Shown here piece after piece: positions 26,601 to 41,400 of a stretch of 64,000 nt of DNA (within the stretch, counting starts at the first letter, position 1; each line of letters starts with the position of its first letter). Source of the DNA: Tubiluchus corallicola (taxonomy: Eukaryota; Animalia; Priapulida); the NCBI GenBank assembly GCA_030141605.1, contig JAQGDQ010000837.1, forward strand, positions 1 through 64,000, read 5' to 3'. The notes beneath the pieces are model-generated. The model worked only from the letters and a program-made list of their open reading frames with translations, ran no database searches and had not been told where the DNA came from. A program made the position numbers and the translations under genes.

Positions 26601-29203
26601 CATTCACTGATGACGTAAGAATAATAGAATAATGACCTACGGGCCTAGAAACGAGTAATAACCTAGGAAAAGCTAGGCGGTGCGAAAGTGTAATAGCGCC
26701 GAACAGTAATTAAAAAGTGAAATATACACGATCTTGAATTCCCCACAGTGGTAGAAATTTACAGCTAAATTCAATTCGAATTTTTTTGTTCCCAAACTTA
26801 AGGCAATCACATAACTGTCACAATAAGATTAAAATTATTGCAAGTGGAATCGTACAGCAAACTCCACGTAACTCAAATCCAAGGATCCGAAAAAACCGAG
26901 TTACGCGATATTTTGAGTTAAGCGATGTTGGAAATTTTCCAGGATAGATACTCTAATAAATAATAATAATAATAATCTTTTTATTTATCTTGTAACACAC
27001 GCACAGTTATAATACAATTAATTTGGAAACAAAAATGTGAAGAAAGGGCAGCGAAAGACCAATTGGTCATCTAGTCAGCTGCCCTTTGGTTAGTGATGAA
27101 CATTTTTGATAGGCGCTATGCTACAGTGTATTACGGTTAGTACTGCTTATAATAAAGATTTAATTGTTACGAATGACATTAAATTGATGTGCTTATAACG
27201 CGTTAATACAATTCATAACACAGTAATAATAAGTGCATAATAAAAAAAATCAAACTGAAATAAAACTGAACTGAATTTAAGAACTGAAATAAGATCTAAA
27301 CCCCTCCTCCGGAAGGCAGAAAGTCAACCCTTCTATACATAAACGACGATATTTCACGACAATTACATAAAAAATAAGAGATTACATAGAGATACACGAC
27401 TTTTTTATGTTACAAAAAGACACGTACACAACACTATTAAACTACATACCAGTGTCTTACGTACTGCAGTTCAGTTTATGAATGCGTAGTTCAATTATTT
27501 ACACACATTTTCAGTTAGTCAACATGAATTACCTGCATTTTGCCTAAATGGGCCTTAATAATTATTTTGGTTAGGCGAAATTTTTAGCTAAGCGACATTT
27601 TTTTGTGGGAAAAACGAAGGATTTCATCCGTTCTGCTGAAATTCGAAAATTTGAGTTATGCGATTTTGAGTTACGTGGAGATTACTGTAGTTAATTTTTT
27701 TAGAATTTTTGACCAACATAACTGTGAAAGTCATTTTTGAAGTTGTTCAGTCACTTTGTTACGCTCGAGTTTAGACACAGAGAAGTATGGATAGGAATCA
27801 AAAATCTATAATATACATTTGCACTGCACATAACAGAAATGTGTTTATTTAGTGTTTATAGAGAAAACATGAGTAGCAAAACTGCTGCACTGAACATTGA
27901 GCAAAAACTAGAAAGCAAAAAACAGTCAGTAAAACCTGTTTCACAGCCAGTATACAGGCATAGAACTTGACCTATGCAGAGTTGCACAGGCTTCACAACA
28001 ACCAGGGAGAGGACCAGTGTGTATGTAGTCACTGGATCATACAATTATACTGAAGGTAAGTCAGCTGGTAGAATGTAACAAGATTAGCACATAGATGGCA
28101 GCACCTAATTACAATTTACAATTCCAACTTCCACAATAACAATGAAACCTTAGTACTTTTAAGCTAGTCAGTTATGAACCATCACATTTTCTACTGGATA
28201 TGTCACCCTAATCACAAGTAGTTATTATTCAGCATGTGAAAACGATTTTCATCTTGCAAATGATCTTGCGAAAGAGATTACAGGTAAACACGTCTTACCT
28301 GCAAGTTTTGAGAGAGTTTGACGAAATCTCGTTGTACGGCTTCACTGTTGTCAAGGTCAACTTGCATAGATGATAATTTCGCTTTCATCTGAGCCAGTTC
28401 TTGCTCTAATCTCGTCTGCAAATTCATTTATAATTACATGTAATTAACTCCTTCATGACCGCACCATTCAAAATAGGTGTTATTAGACGTATGACTTTTC
28501 TGCTACTGTATGGCACAGACATGACTAAATGATTACAAATTAGGTACTGTTCTATTCAGGAGAATATTGGCTATCCAATCATACTATTTGTTTAAACATT
28601 CATGAGTGATTTAATTGGATAAAATTAAGAAAAACATGTTCTTTTTAGGCATCCCAACTTGGCCTATTGAGTAGTTTGGTCTGGTGTACACTTGTGTGAT
28701 CGTACACACTAATTTATTGATCGCCCGCTTGCTACAGCGAAAGAGAACAATCTTTTAACAGGAATATCTCCTTAAAAATAGAGTAGACTTGAGGCGAAAG
28801 TGTAAAAATTAAGCAGCTGTGAACCTGGTCAGTAAATGGATAAGTGATTATCATTGTCTGTTGTTCAGCTAATTTTTTGTTGGGAATTACATCCAAACAA
28901 GTCAAAGTCATTTTTACAGGCTCAGCGTCTCATATATATGTATATATTTTAGTATTAATAAATTTTAGAAAATTGTTATCAATGTCAGCTAAGAAGCATA
29001 GCTAATGTAAGTCGTTAAATATGAAATGTGAATACTATTAACTGTTATAGCCCCGCAAATAGAGGGCGCATGTATATATGCATCTGTTTGCATGCTCAAA
29101 ATAAAGAGTTATAATAATAATAAATAACTGCCTGACGTTTTTAAGAAACCCATTGTAATAATAATAAAAAATGGAACAATTGGAACAACAAATTGGAATA
29201 GTA

Positions 29204-29235
<32 letters not shown>

Positions 29236-29270
29236 GGAACCCAATAATAAATATTATTATTACAATTATT

Positions 29271-29301
<31 letters not shown>

Positions 29302-29374
29302 CCATCATTATCATTAACATTGCCATTACCATTACCATCATTATCATTATCATTACTATTACTGTTATTATTAA

Positions 29375-29407
<33 letters not shown>

Positions 29408-32400
29408 CATTATCATTATCATTACCATTACCATTACCACATTACCATTATCATTATCATTATCATTATCATTATCATTATCATTATCATTATCATTATC
29501 ATTACCATTATCATTATCATTATCATTATCATTATCATTATCATTACCATTACCATTATCATTACCATTACCATTATCACATTATCATTGTCATTGTCAT
29601 TATCATTATCATTATCATTATCATTATCATTATCATTATCATTATCATTATCATTATCATTATCATTATCATTATCATTATCATTATCATTATCATTATC
29701 ATTACCATTACCATTACCATTACCATTATCATTATCATTACCACATTATCATTATCATTATCATTATCATTACCATTACCATTACCATTACCATTACCAT
29801 TACCATTACCATTACCATTACCATTACCATTACCATTACCATTACCATTACCATTACCATTACCATTACCATTACCATTACCATTACCACATTATCATTA
29901 TCATTGTCATTATCATTATCATTACCATTACCATTATCATTATCATTATCATTACCATTACCATTATCATTACTATTACTATTACTATTACTATTACTAT
30001 TACTATTACTATTACTATTACTATTACTATTACTATTACTATTACTGTTACTATTACTATTATCATTAGCATTACTATTATCATTATCATTGCCATTGCC
30101 GTTGCCAATATCATTACCATTATCATTATCATTATTACTATTATTATTATTATTATTTGCAACGAACTGGGAGATTATGATTCAGCTAAACAGGCACCAA
30201 ACACTAGGAAAACAGAAGTGGAAGAGGAAATATGCTTAATGCTCAAAATAAAGAGTTCTAATTATAATACTAACGATTCCTCGGTTGCATTGTGTTGCAA
30301 AGTTGACCTAAGCCCGCCTTTAAAAACGCACAATTATCACTTCTTACAAACGCACAATTATCACTTCTTACAAACGCACAATTATCACTTCTTACAAACG
30401 CACAATTATCACTTCTTACCCGTGTTTGATTCTGTTCCTCTAGTTGCGACTGCAAAGCTTGAATGATCTGCCTGCTCTTCGCCTGGATGTTTTTCTTTGA
30501 CGTTTCGGCTTCGCGTACGTGATGTTCGAGTTCCCCCTTCTGCGTCTGAACTCTTTCCAGCTCAGTTTGAAGACTTGATGTTATGCCTAGATGAACGTTA
30601 ATCATAACTTTTATATACACTGAAACCTCGACTTACGAAAACCCTATTACACGTAACGAAAAAATATTCAGGATACGAAAACGAAAATCAAAAGTGCCGC
30701 TCGACGGCGGTCCTCCCAGAATGCATTTCGTAGCATCACGTGAATGCATTGTTGTGTTCTTATCTCACGTGAATGCATTGTTCTGCTCTTATCTCACGTG
30801 AATGCATTGTTGTGCTCTTATCTCACGTGAACGCATTGTTCTGCTCTTATCCCACGTGAATGCATTGTTGTGCCCTTATCTCACGTGAATGCATTGTTGT
30901 GTTCTTATCTCACGTGAATGCATTGTTGTGCTCTTATCTCACGTGAATGCATTGTTGTGCTCTTATCTCACGTGAATGCATTGTTGTGCTCTTATCTCAC
31001 GCGAATGCATTGTTGTGCTCTTATCTCACGTGAATGCATTGTTGTGTTCTTATCTCACGTGAATGCATTGTTCTGCTCTTATCTCACGTGAATGCATTGT
31101 TGTGTTCTTATCTCACGTGAATGCATTGTTCTGCTCTTATCTCACGTGAATGCATTGTTGTGTTCTTATCTCACGTGAATGCATTGTTCTGCTCTTATCT
31201 CACGTGAATGCATTGTTGTGTTCTTATCTCACGTGAATGCATTGTTGTGCTCTTATCTCACGTGAATGCATTGTTGTGCTCTTATCTCACGTGAATGCAT
31301 TGTTGTGTTCTTATCTCACGTGAATGCATTGTTCTGCTCTTATCTCACGTGAATGCATTGTTGTGTTCTTATCTCACGTGAATGCATTGTTCTGCTCTTA
31401 TCTCACGTGAATGCATTGTTGTGTTCTTATCTCACGTGAATGCATTGTTCTGCTCTTATCTCACGTGAATGCATTGTTGTGTTCTTATCTCACGTGAATG
31501 CATTGTTGTGCTCTTATCTCACGTGAATGCATTGTTGTGTTCTTATCTCACGTGAATGCATTGTTGTGCTCTTATCTCACGTGAATGCATTGTTGTGTTC
31601 TTATCTCACGTGAATGCATTGTTCTGCTCTTATCTCACGTGAATGCATTGTTGTGTTCTTATCTCACGTGAATGCATTGTTCTGCTCTTATCTCACGTGA
31701 ATGCATTGTTGTGCTCTTATCTCACGTGAATGCATTGTTGTGTTCTTATCTCACGTGAATGCATTGTTCTGCTCTTATCTCACGTGAATGCATTGTTGTG
31801 TTCTTATCTCACGTGAATGCCTTGTTCTGCTCTTATCTCACGTGAATGCATTGTTGTGTTCTTATCTCACGTGAATGCATTGTTCTGCTCTTATCTCACG
31901 TGAATGCATTGTTGTGCTCTTATCTCACGTGAACGCATTGTTCTGCTCTTATCTCACGTGAACGTTTTGTTGTGTTCTTACCTCACGTGAATGCATTGTT
32001 GTGTTCTTATCTCAAGTGAATGCATTGTTCTGCTCTTATCTCACGTGAATGCATTGTTGTGTTCTTATCTCACGTGAATGCATTGTTCTGCTCTTATCTC
32101 ACTTGAATGCATTGTTGTGTTCTTATCTCACGTGAATGCATTGTTCTGCTCTTATCTCACTTGAATGCATTGTTGTGTTCTTACCTCACGTGAATGCATT
32201 GTTGTGCTCTTATCTCACGTGAATGCATTGTTCTGCTCTTATCTCACGTGAACGCGTTATTGTGCTCTTATCTCACCTGAATGCAATCAATAACCATGGG
32301 TCTGAGAAAAGCAAGTGCCAGTGGTAGTGTTAAGAAGAAAAGGTTGATGTCGATGGAAACAAAACTTGAAATTATAGCTACATATGAAAGTGGCATGAGT

Positions 32401-35400
32401 TTAAGCACTATCTCAGGGGAGTATGAGCGAAACCTTTCGACGATCGATTATTAATGAACATATATCTTTCAGGTGGGTACAAAATTTACACTTTACACGA
32501 CTGTTTTTCGGGTGGTGGGTGTGGTGGAACGAATTACGCTATTTAATGGGTAAATCTTGTCTCGTAATACGAAAATTCTAAGATACAAAAGCCCCTCCGA
32601 AACGAATTAATTTTGTATCTCTCGATATTTCTGTATAATTAAGATTTCCATGTTCTGTGGTTTGATCAGTTTTTAGCCTTTCCTTTCGTATTTTGGAGGC
32701 CACTCATTTCTTGACACCTCTTACAAGATAACTTGTTTCAACCTTTACTAGTACAATCAACCTCGGGTATAAGGTACTCGCTTATAAGGGACCACCAACA
32801 CTGGTCCCGATTTTTTGTAACGTTTTTCCTATGTAAAAATTTCTGTATATAAGATACTGGGATATAAGAGGCTTTTGCTTAAAAGGGACGATATCTTCAG
32901 GTCCCACGAAATAGAAACTCAGGTAAATTACTTTGCATCTAAGGGACGATATCTTCAGCTCCCACGAAATAGAAACTCAGGTAAATTACTTTGCATCTAA
33001 GGGACGATATCTTCAGGTCCCACGAAAGAGAAACCCAGGTAAATTACTTTGCATCTTAGGGACGATATCTTCAGGTCCCACGAAAGAGAAACCCAGGTAA
33101 ATTACTTTGCATCTAAGGGACGATATCTTCAGGTCCCACGTAATAGAAACTCAGGTAAATTACTTTGCATCTAAGGGACGATATCTTCAGGTCCCACGAA
33201 ATAGAAACTCAGGTAAATTACTTTGCATCTAAGGGATGATATCTTCAGGTCCCACAAAATAGAAACTCAGGTAAATTACTTTGCATCTAAGGGACGATAT
33301 CTTCAGGTCCCACAAAATAGAAACTCAGGTAAATTACTTTGCATCTAAGGGATGATATCTTCAGGTCCCACAAAATAGAAACTTAAGGGACGATATCTTC
33401 AGGTCCCACGTAATAGAAACTCAGGTAAATTACTTTGCATCTAAGGGACCCTACGAATGACCCCATCAAAGCGAAATTGATCGATTTTTAACCTCAATTT
33501 TTCGCAAACTCAGCCTTCGAACAGCTCGGTTTCTGCAGTCACATACATCTCGCATCAGGAGCTTCCTACATACCGTTTGCAATGAATGTGTAGCAATAAT
33601 CCATAAAAATATGTGTACAGAAAAGTACAGGTATACATACACCCTCGGTCTAACTCGACTTCGGCTATAGGGACGGTTTTTTCCGGGTGCCGAGGTGTCT
33701 CTTATATCCGAGGTTGACTGTAATGCTTTTATTAAAGTCATACCTAACTGCTGTCGCAAATTGTCTACTTCTTGGGTCAAATCATCTTCGATGGTGTTCT
33801 TTGCATGTTGCTCGGCCATTACCTGGTCTTTGAGAAACAGAATTTCGCTTCGCAACGTTTCCTCCAGGTGCTCTTTTGCCACTTTCTCCGTTATAATCTC
33901 CTCGTTACGTTTCAGCAAGAGGTACTGTAAGTCCTGCAAGACAGAGATTATCACTCAGGAAAAGCGACGTTGACAAATTAGGCGAAAAATTAAAGGACAA
34001 GGCTTATTAAATGCAAAAATGAAAATGAATATCAGTTTGCTTAAAGGACAAGAAAAGGCCAAGTTAAAGCAAGTCTCACAAAATTTTCGCTAAAGAATTC
34101 TAACGGTTAGAGACAATCTTAAGCGTTTATCATTCTCACGTTAAAAGAATTTCCTGTTTGTTTTCATTTTAAATACTCCCGCGAGACTGTCACGGCGGCG
34201 CCATATTAGATGGCGTCACAGAACCACAACCCAAATCTTTATAGTACACGTGCTCAGAACTCACTGCGACTGTGTTCGAGTGACGTCATGCCACGTGATC
34301 AGTCACATGCTGGCTTTTCAATTGGCGGACTAAATGAAACATGTCTGCGCCAACGTTTACTGCAGCGGTTGAAATATTTTACAAAAAATTGAGTAAATGC
34401 GAAAACGTGAGTACTTTATTCGCTAAAGATTATACTTAGGTGGTATAATTTTTTATTGCGAATTTTCTGAGGCTTACTTTGGTTGGCCATTTTCTTGTCC
34501 TTTAAAATGCTGAGACTTCCCAACAGGTGTGAAAGGCTAGCAAAAACTTCTGCATCGTCTCTGTTTAGTAACATCTGCTACATTTTGCAACTGTCGATAT
34601 TTTCTCCTCTTAGTCTTTAAAATGTTAAAGATCCCCCATATTGCATATTGCATAGTGGATACTGTCATTAGCTGACAAGCCACTGACACAGCAGTGTCTA
34701 GTTTTTCTGCTGGATTAGTGCTGTTTTTGCCTGCCTAGTGTCTACAGTAGATGTACCAGGCATATGATGGTGACGACGACGATGATGATGATGATGATGA
34801 CATTACTGTCTTTTATTATCCTTCAATGGATGTGTAGTTTTACGTCTAAACTTTTATATTACAATGATAATAATTTCTTAAACCAAAACGATACCCAATG
34901 TTAAACTGCAGGTCAAAACAGCCGATGTTAAAAATATTGAAAGGAAACATACTATTTTTTGAAAAATGTGAAAGAATTATCACCACACAAACGGAATTTC
35001 ACGTTTGCACCACTAGTTCTTTGCTGTTACATGCCATTCGCCATTCGCTAGTTAGACTGGCACTTATCTGCATTTCGGAAATGCAATGCACATAAAGCAG
35101 GTGCTGCACTTCTCAATTCGCATGTGTTAGTTTGTGACGAATTACTTGATGAGAAAACTCCCTTTTGTGAACGCGCCATTACAAGCACCCTTTTGTGAAC
35201 GTGCCATTACAAGCACCCTTTTGTGAATGCGCCATTACAAGCACCCTTTTGTGAACGCACCATTACAAGCACCCTTTTGTGAACATGCCATTACAAGCAC
35301 CCTTTTGTGAACGTGCCATTACAAGCACCCTTTTTTGAACGTGCCATTACAAGCACCCTTTTGTGAACGTGCCATTACAAGCACCCTTTTTTGAACGTGC

Positions 35401-38400
35401 CATTACAAGCACCCTTTTGTGAACGTGCCATTACAAGCACCCTTTTGTGAACGTGCCATTACAGGCACCCTTTTGTGAACGCGCCATTACAAGCACCCTT
35501 TTGTGAACGCGCCATTACAAGCACCCTTTTGTGAACGCGCCATTACAAGCACCCTTTTGTGAACGCGGCATTACAAGCAGCCAATCATCATTCTCACCTC
35601 AAGACTCTCTGGAAGGCTAATACTTTCATTCTGCATCTGAGCCGCAGTCGCCGAATGTTTTCCGACAAGACTGTCGTTTTCTTTCTGCAACCTCGTTAGC
35701 TGCAATAAACTACTTATTATATTAACACATTATTCAGCTGTTATCCTACCAAAATAATAGACAAACAAACAGACAAACAAACACAAATTTGTCTCCCGCA
35801 AGAGCAAAAGTTAAATAATAAAACATTGTTACACTCGTATCTCGGTTTGCCTGATAAAAGCGGGGAGACCTCGGTCCGAATTTGCTGATTGTCGGTATTT
35901 TCCGATAATGAGCTAATAGAGCTAATACAGTAGGCATCGTGTATTTGGCTCACGGTAATGTAGAATCAATTGCCAAATTGTCTCAAAAATATCTAGTACG
36001 GCCCGCTTCTGTGCAAAAGTATGCAAAAACTGTCAGCAATTGACTCTAAACCACTTACACACCGGCTGATTAAACCACTAAACACGCTGATATACAAGCT
36101 ACATGTTACACGCTGCTTGGATGTAAACAAAGCAATGAACCGCCAACTAGCGGTCAGCTCGCGAAACGACTGTGTCCGTAGTATGTGGGACTTTCAAACG
36201 GTCCAGATTTTTCTGAATTTTCCAATGTCCGGTCCAGTAAACCGAGATACGACTGCATTCACTACTTTTCTGAAGCGAGGTACATAAATATTGTCGCCTG
36301 CTTTTCCTTGACAAATAACCCCTCTTTCCCAAATTTTATTCAAACATGCACATTTTTAGACGAACCAGTGCAAGCACACAACCAATTTAACATTAACGTC
36401 AACGTTAATCCTTTGACAAACTACGCGTCCATTTTGTTTACCCCATTGAAGAAGTTCTGTGGCTGCTTGCAGAAATTTGCATTCGAATTTAAAGACAAAA
36501 CTCTCTCAATAAAGAAATACACAAAACCCCATCAGATGAATGCAGAGATCAGGAGAAAGGGGAGTAGGAACATTTGTTGAACCTCAGATCACGTATTATT
36601 TAAAATGCACTATTAGCACTTACTGGTGATTGGAAAATTTTGATTGGCGATCTTAAGAAAGTCTACGTGACGCAAACGAAACCCGTCATGTCGTAGGTTA
36701 GTCACAGTGTAAACTTATTAACTACGGCCAAATCACGTTGAAAACACCGGTTCTCGTCTGATCACCGAAGCTAAGCAACATAGAGCCTGGTTAGTACTTG
36801 GATGGGTAACCGCCTAGGAATACCAGGTGCTGTAGGCTTGCGGGATGCCCACACTGTTTCTTGACACTAGGCGGAGGAGCTGCACAAGCAGCCAACAGCT
36901 AGAGGGCGGAGGAAGTCAAGTGACCCAATGGCCATGTGTAGAGGAGTAAACCTTCCAAATCATGAGTGGAGCCAGTGTGCTCACTGACTCCGGCAGCTCC
37001 TGCAGCCAACCTGGTGCCAAACGTATCGCTCCGCTTTCCTTTGGACTACACCAGCGAGGAAGAGAGGGGGTTCCTGTTGTCTGGGCAACCCAGGATCTCC
37101 ATACACCTTGCCCAGGCGTGCACCCTGGAGACGTTCAAAGATCGCACTGCTCAGCCACAGTCGACGCTGCAGCTCCATCAATGTGATCAATAACTAACTC
37201 TCTTGGCGCACACTCCATCGTCTTCCGAGACAGAAGGATGCCAACCAAACTTGAATTTACTGAAATTCGGACAAAATCTTTGCTTACCTCTTCGTTAACG
37301 TGCATTCGATCCTCGGTCAACATTTTCTGTAAAATTAATCCGAACATTAAAACACAAGAAAACACTCTTCATAAATAAAGCTTAAACAACTGCGGAAATT
37401 ATGTATCACTTACATGCTGTCTTATTGCATACAAAGCTTGCATTAGCAGTAACCACGTAAAAAAACTTGCACAGTTAAATATCAACTGCAGCCTGTACAC
37501 TAAATTTAACTGAGAAACACACTCAAGCACCATTAATGACTAAATGAAATACCAATTGTTGAAGAAGATTTTCTGTCGTCTCTGCATGTTCCTGCTTTAG
37601 ATCGGTGAACGATTTCTCCATCTCGTTCAACTTTTCCATCATTGCCGATATCTAAATGAGAATTTGAGTCATACAGTCAAGAGCAAAATATACGAATTTA
37701 ACCAATTCACTCTTACAGCAAAATAATAAAAATGGCTGAAACATTTTAATAATACAGCAACTGATATCGTTTTTTTGCATATTGTGAATATGGAGTTACA
37801 TTACGTGCAGGGTGGTACATGACCTTTAACTAAGGAGGTACAAAAGAAAACAAAAAGTCAAAATACAGAACAATTTACTATATCAAAAGATTGCTGAAAA
37901 AACAGAGAATCTATCACGTCTTCAAAATTTAATGTGTAAGTCTCAAGCATCTCATTCAGTCTGCAATCATTTTTTGCCTTCACTTGCGATTTCGCCAATG
38001 TCATCACACCAATTTTTTCACGTTGATTTTTTCCTAGTTTTCACCACCGTTTTTACCTGTATTTTTACCTGTTTTTCACCCGTGTTTTTACCTGGTTTTC
38101 ACCTGGGTTTTACCTGGTTTTCACATGGTTTTTGCCCATGTTTTTACCTAGTTTTCACCTGGTTTTCACCCGTGTTTTTACCTGGTTTTCACCTGTATCT
38201 TACCTGGTTTTCACCCGTGTTTTCACCTGGTTTAAACCCGTGTTTTACCAGGTTTTCATCTGGTTTTCACCAGTGTTTTTACCTGGTTTAAACCTGTGTT
38301 TTACCGGGTTTTCATCTGGCTTTCACCAGTGTACCTGGTTTAAACCTGTGTTTTACCGGGTTTTCATCTGGTTTTCACCAGTGTTTCTTACCTGGTTTTC

Positions 38401-41400
38401 ACCTCACGTTTTGACTTGCATTTTCACACATTTTTACCTGGTTTCGCCTTCATTCTCACCCGTGTTTTTACCTGTGTTTGTGCATCGGTGGCTGCATTTT
38501 TCAAACTCTCTTCCAACTCCGCCTGATACTTGTCTGTCCGCTGTAACTCCAGCTTGTACCGCTCGAGCTGCTTGTCACGAAAACGCAACTGCAAAGTGCA
38601 CAAACTAAATGCAATGCTTCTGTGTGAAACGGTGCAACGTGTTTGAACGTGTTACAATGCAAAGAACACAATCCATACATTACTATAAGCTATAGTGAAA
38701 TGTATTGACACAGACTACATAGCAGTGCGAAGCGTCACTTATGACACGTTCAGACTAGCGAGTTTTCTTGTCACGAGTCTTCTCTCTGAAGTGTGAAATG
38801 CTTTGTGAGTTACTGTTGGCAAGCTATTGCACACTCTCCGACAGTTGCTGCGAGTTCATCTCCAGTGAGTTACTGTCTAGTGTGAACGCTTCAGTGAGTT
38901 ACTGTCTAGTGTGAATGCCTCAGTGAGTTACTGTCTAGTGTGAATGTCTCAGTGAGTTACTGTCTAGTGTGAACACCTCAGTGAGTTACTGTCTAGTGTG
39001 AATGCCTCAGTGAGTTACTGACTAGTGTGAACGCCTCAGTGAGTTACTGTCTAGTGTGAATGCCTCAGTGAGTTACTGTCTAGTGTGAACACCTCGGTGA
39101 GTTACTGTCTAGTGTGAACGCCTCAGTGAGTTACTGTGTAGTGTGAACGCCTCAGTGAGTTACTGACTAGTGTGAACGCCTCAGTGAGTTACTGTCTAGT
39201 GTGAACGCCTCAGTGAGTTACTGTCTAGTGTGAATGCCTCAGTGAGTTACTGTCTAGTGTGAATGCCTCAGTGAGTTACTCTTGATAATTCTCGCAGCAA
39301 TTAGAGAAGTGAGTGTCAGCTCGTGCTTACTGTCGGAGAGTAACCTGAAGCAAGTTTTGCACTCTAGTCTAAACGCATTTGCGAGTTAACTTGGCGAGAA
39401 AACTCTCTAGTGTGAACGCACCATAACACACATAAAGAATGCTCACCTGGTCCTCGTACTGTCTTTCGCTGTGCTGTAGAGACTGAAGTTGGGCCTCGTA
39501 GTTTGCACACATATCACAGGGGCGCCCTAACTTGCTTCTAGCATTGCGTATCTACGGCAAAAAAACACGGCTGCCGTCACCAACGAGGTAGCAAACAACA
39601 GTGTGTACGAACATCGTACCTATGATCTACTCTTAACGTAACGTCAACGATACATTTAACACAGTTGATACATTTTATACTTCTTTTAGAAAACTTAAGT
39701 CATAGCTTTACACAAGTTTACAGAGAATTTATATTGATTTTATTCCAATCATTGTTTAATTGAACAATGTTCTTATTTCACTTCTCTGACCAATTGTAAA
39801 TATTTGTACTTTTAGGCCATTTAAACTAGCATAAAACCGATTCAATTTTTAAGCTTGTCAACACTAATTAATTTTATAAGAAATCAATTTCATGGTTTAA
39901 ACGTTTACCTTATTATTCAGGGATGAGAATGACAAATTGCAAAAAACTCTGAAACAGGCCGGGGGTTTGGGGGCCGCGTAGGCCATAGAGAACCTCTAAG
40001 TGGACTTAAAATATCAATTACCTTGTTTCATGCATAATTCAAAATACCCAACTATCAAGGATACATGATACCTAATTGTCTCAAAAACGCCTAAGTACTG
40101 GCCGCTCCTATGCAAAAGTATATAAAAACTGTCTGCAATTGACTCAAATAACTCCACACAATTGATTCTATATTTTTATGCATAGAGATATTCACGTGGT
40201 TACACTGATGTACGTGATGTAAACAAAGTGACGGCCTGCCAACTAGCGGTCAGCTTGTGAAATAATGTGCTGGGTCCGTAAAAATTTACTCAACAAATTT
40301 ACGCGATTTACAAAAATGGCGCTACTGGTCTTTCAAAAACTCGGAATTCCGCGTATCCGCGGAAAATTCTCATCCCTGATTATTATGCTTTACTGCTCGG
40401 AACTTTTGATACTACGGCTAAAAACACAGTACAGTTACATTGCAACATACAAAATCTATACAGCAAATCAGCAGAGAAGAATAATGCAGAAATGGAGCTA
40501 ATGAACACGTCTACAGCAAGAAAGCGCAGAAAAGGGCTAGTCACACTAAGCTACTGTTCAACAGAAACTTCATCTCATTCAATTACTCTGATCAATCAGA
40601 TGATTACATTTCATTAAGCCACACCCAACAGGGTTTTATGAATGGCAGTGACAAATAAGATCTTTGCCTCTTACTTAGCCACACCCATCAAATGTCACTA
40701 ACCAATTAGACTCTTACTTCCTGCTATAGCCACACCCACTTAACGTCACTAATTAAATAGACTCCTAACTCTTGTTGTGGCCACTCCCACTCAATATCAC
40801 TAACAAATTAGACTCTTACCTACTGTTGCAGCCACTCCCACTCAATATCACTAACCAATCAGACTCTTCCTACAGTTACACCCATCCAATGTCATTAACC
40901 AATTAGACTCTTACTTGCTGCTATAGCCACACCCACTCAATGTCACCAACCAATTAGACTCTTACATCTTGTTACAGCCACTCCCACTCCATGTCACTAA
41001 CCAATTAGACTCTTACATCTTGTTACAGCCACTCCCACTCCATGTCACTAACCAATTAGATGCTTACTTCCTGTTACAGCCACTCCCACTCCATGTCACA
41101 GACCAATTAGACTCTACCGCCTGGTGTTGCCACTCCCACTCCATGTCACTAACCAAATAGACTCTTACGTTGTGTTACTGCCACTCCCACTCCATGTCAC
41201 TAACCAAATAGACTCTTACGTTGTGTTGCAGCCACTCCCACTCCATGTCACTAACCAAATAGACTCTTACGTTGTGTTGCAGCCACTCCCACTCCATGTC
41301 ACTAACCAATTAGACTCTTACATCGTGTTGCAGCCCTCCATGTCGCTAACCAAATAGACTCTTACGTCATGTTACTGCCACTCCCACTCCATGCCACTAA

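Noticed and set aside
29141-30466. Low-complexity ORFs (poly-HY, poly-I, poly-LS), also 16805-17093
   Set aside because: Microsatellite translations.
36720-36839. Functional 5S rRNA gene
   Set aside because: Single intronic copy, substitutions from consensus, no oligo-T terminator; better read as a SINE head or pseudogene.
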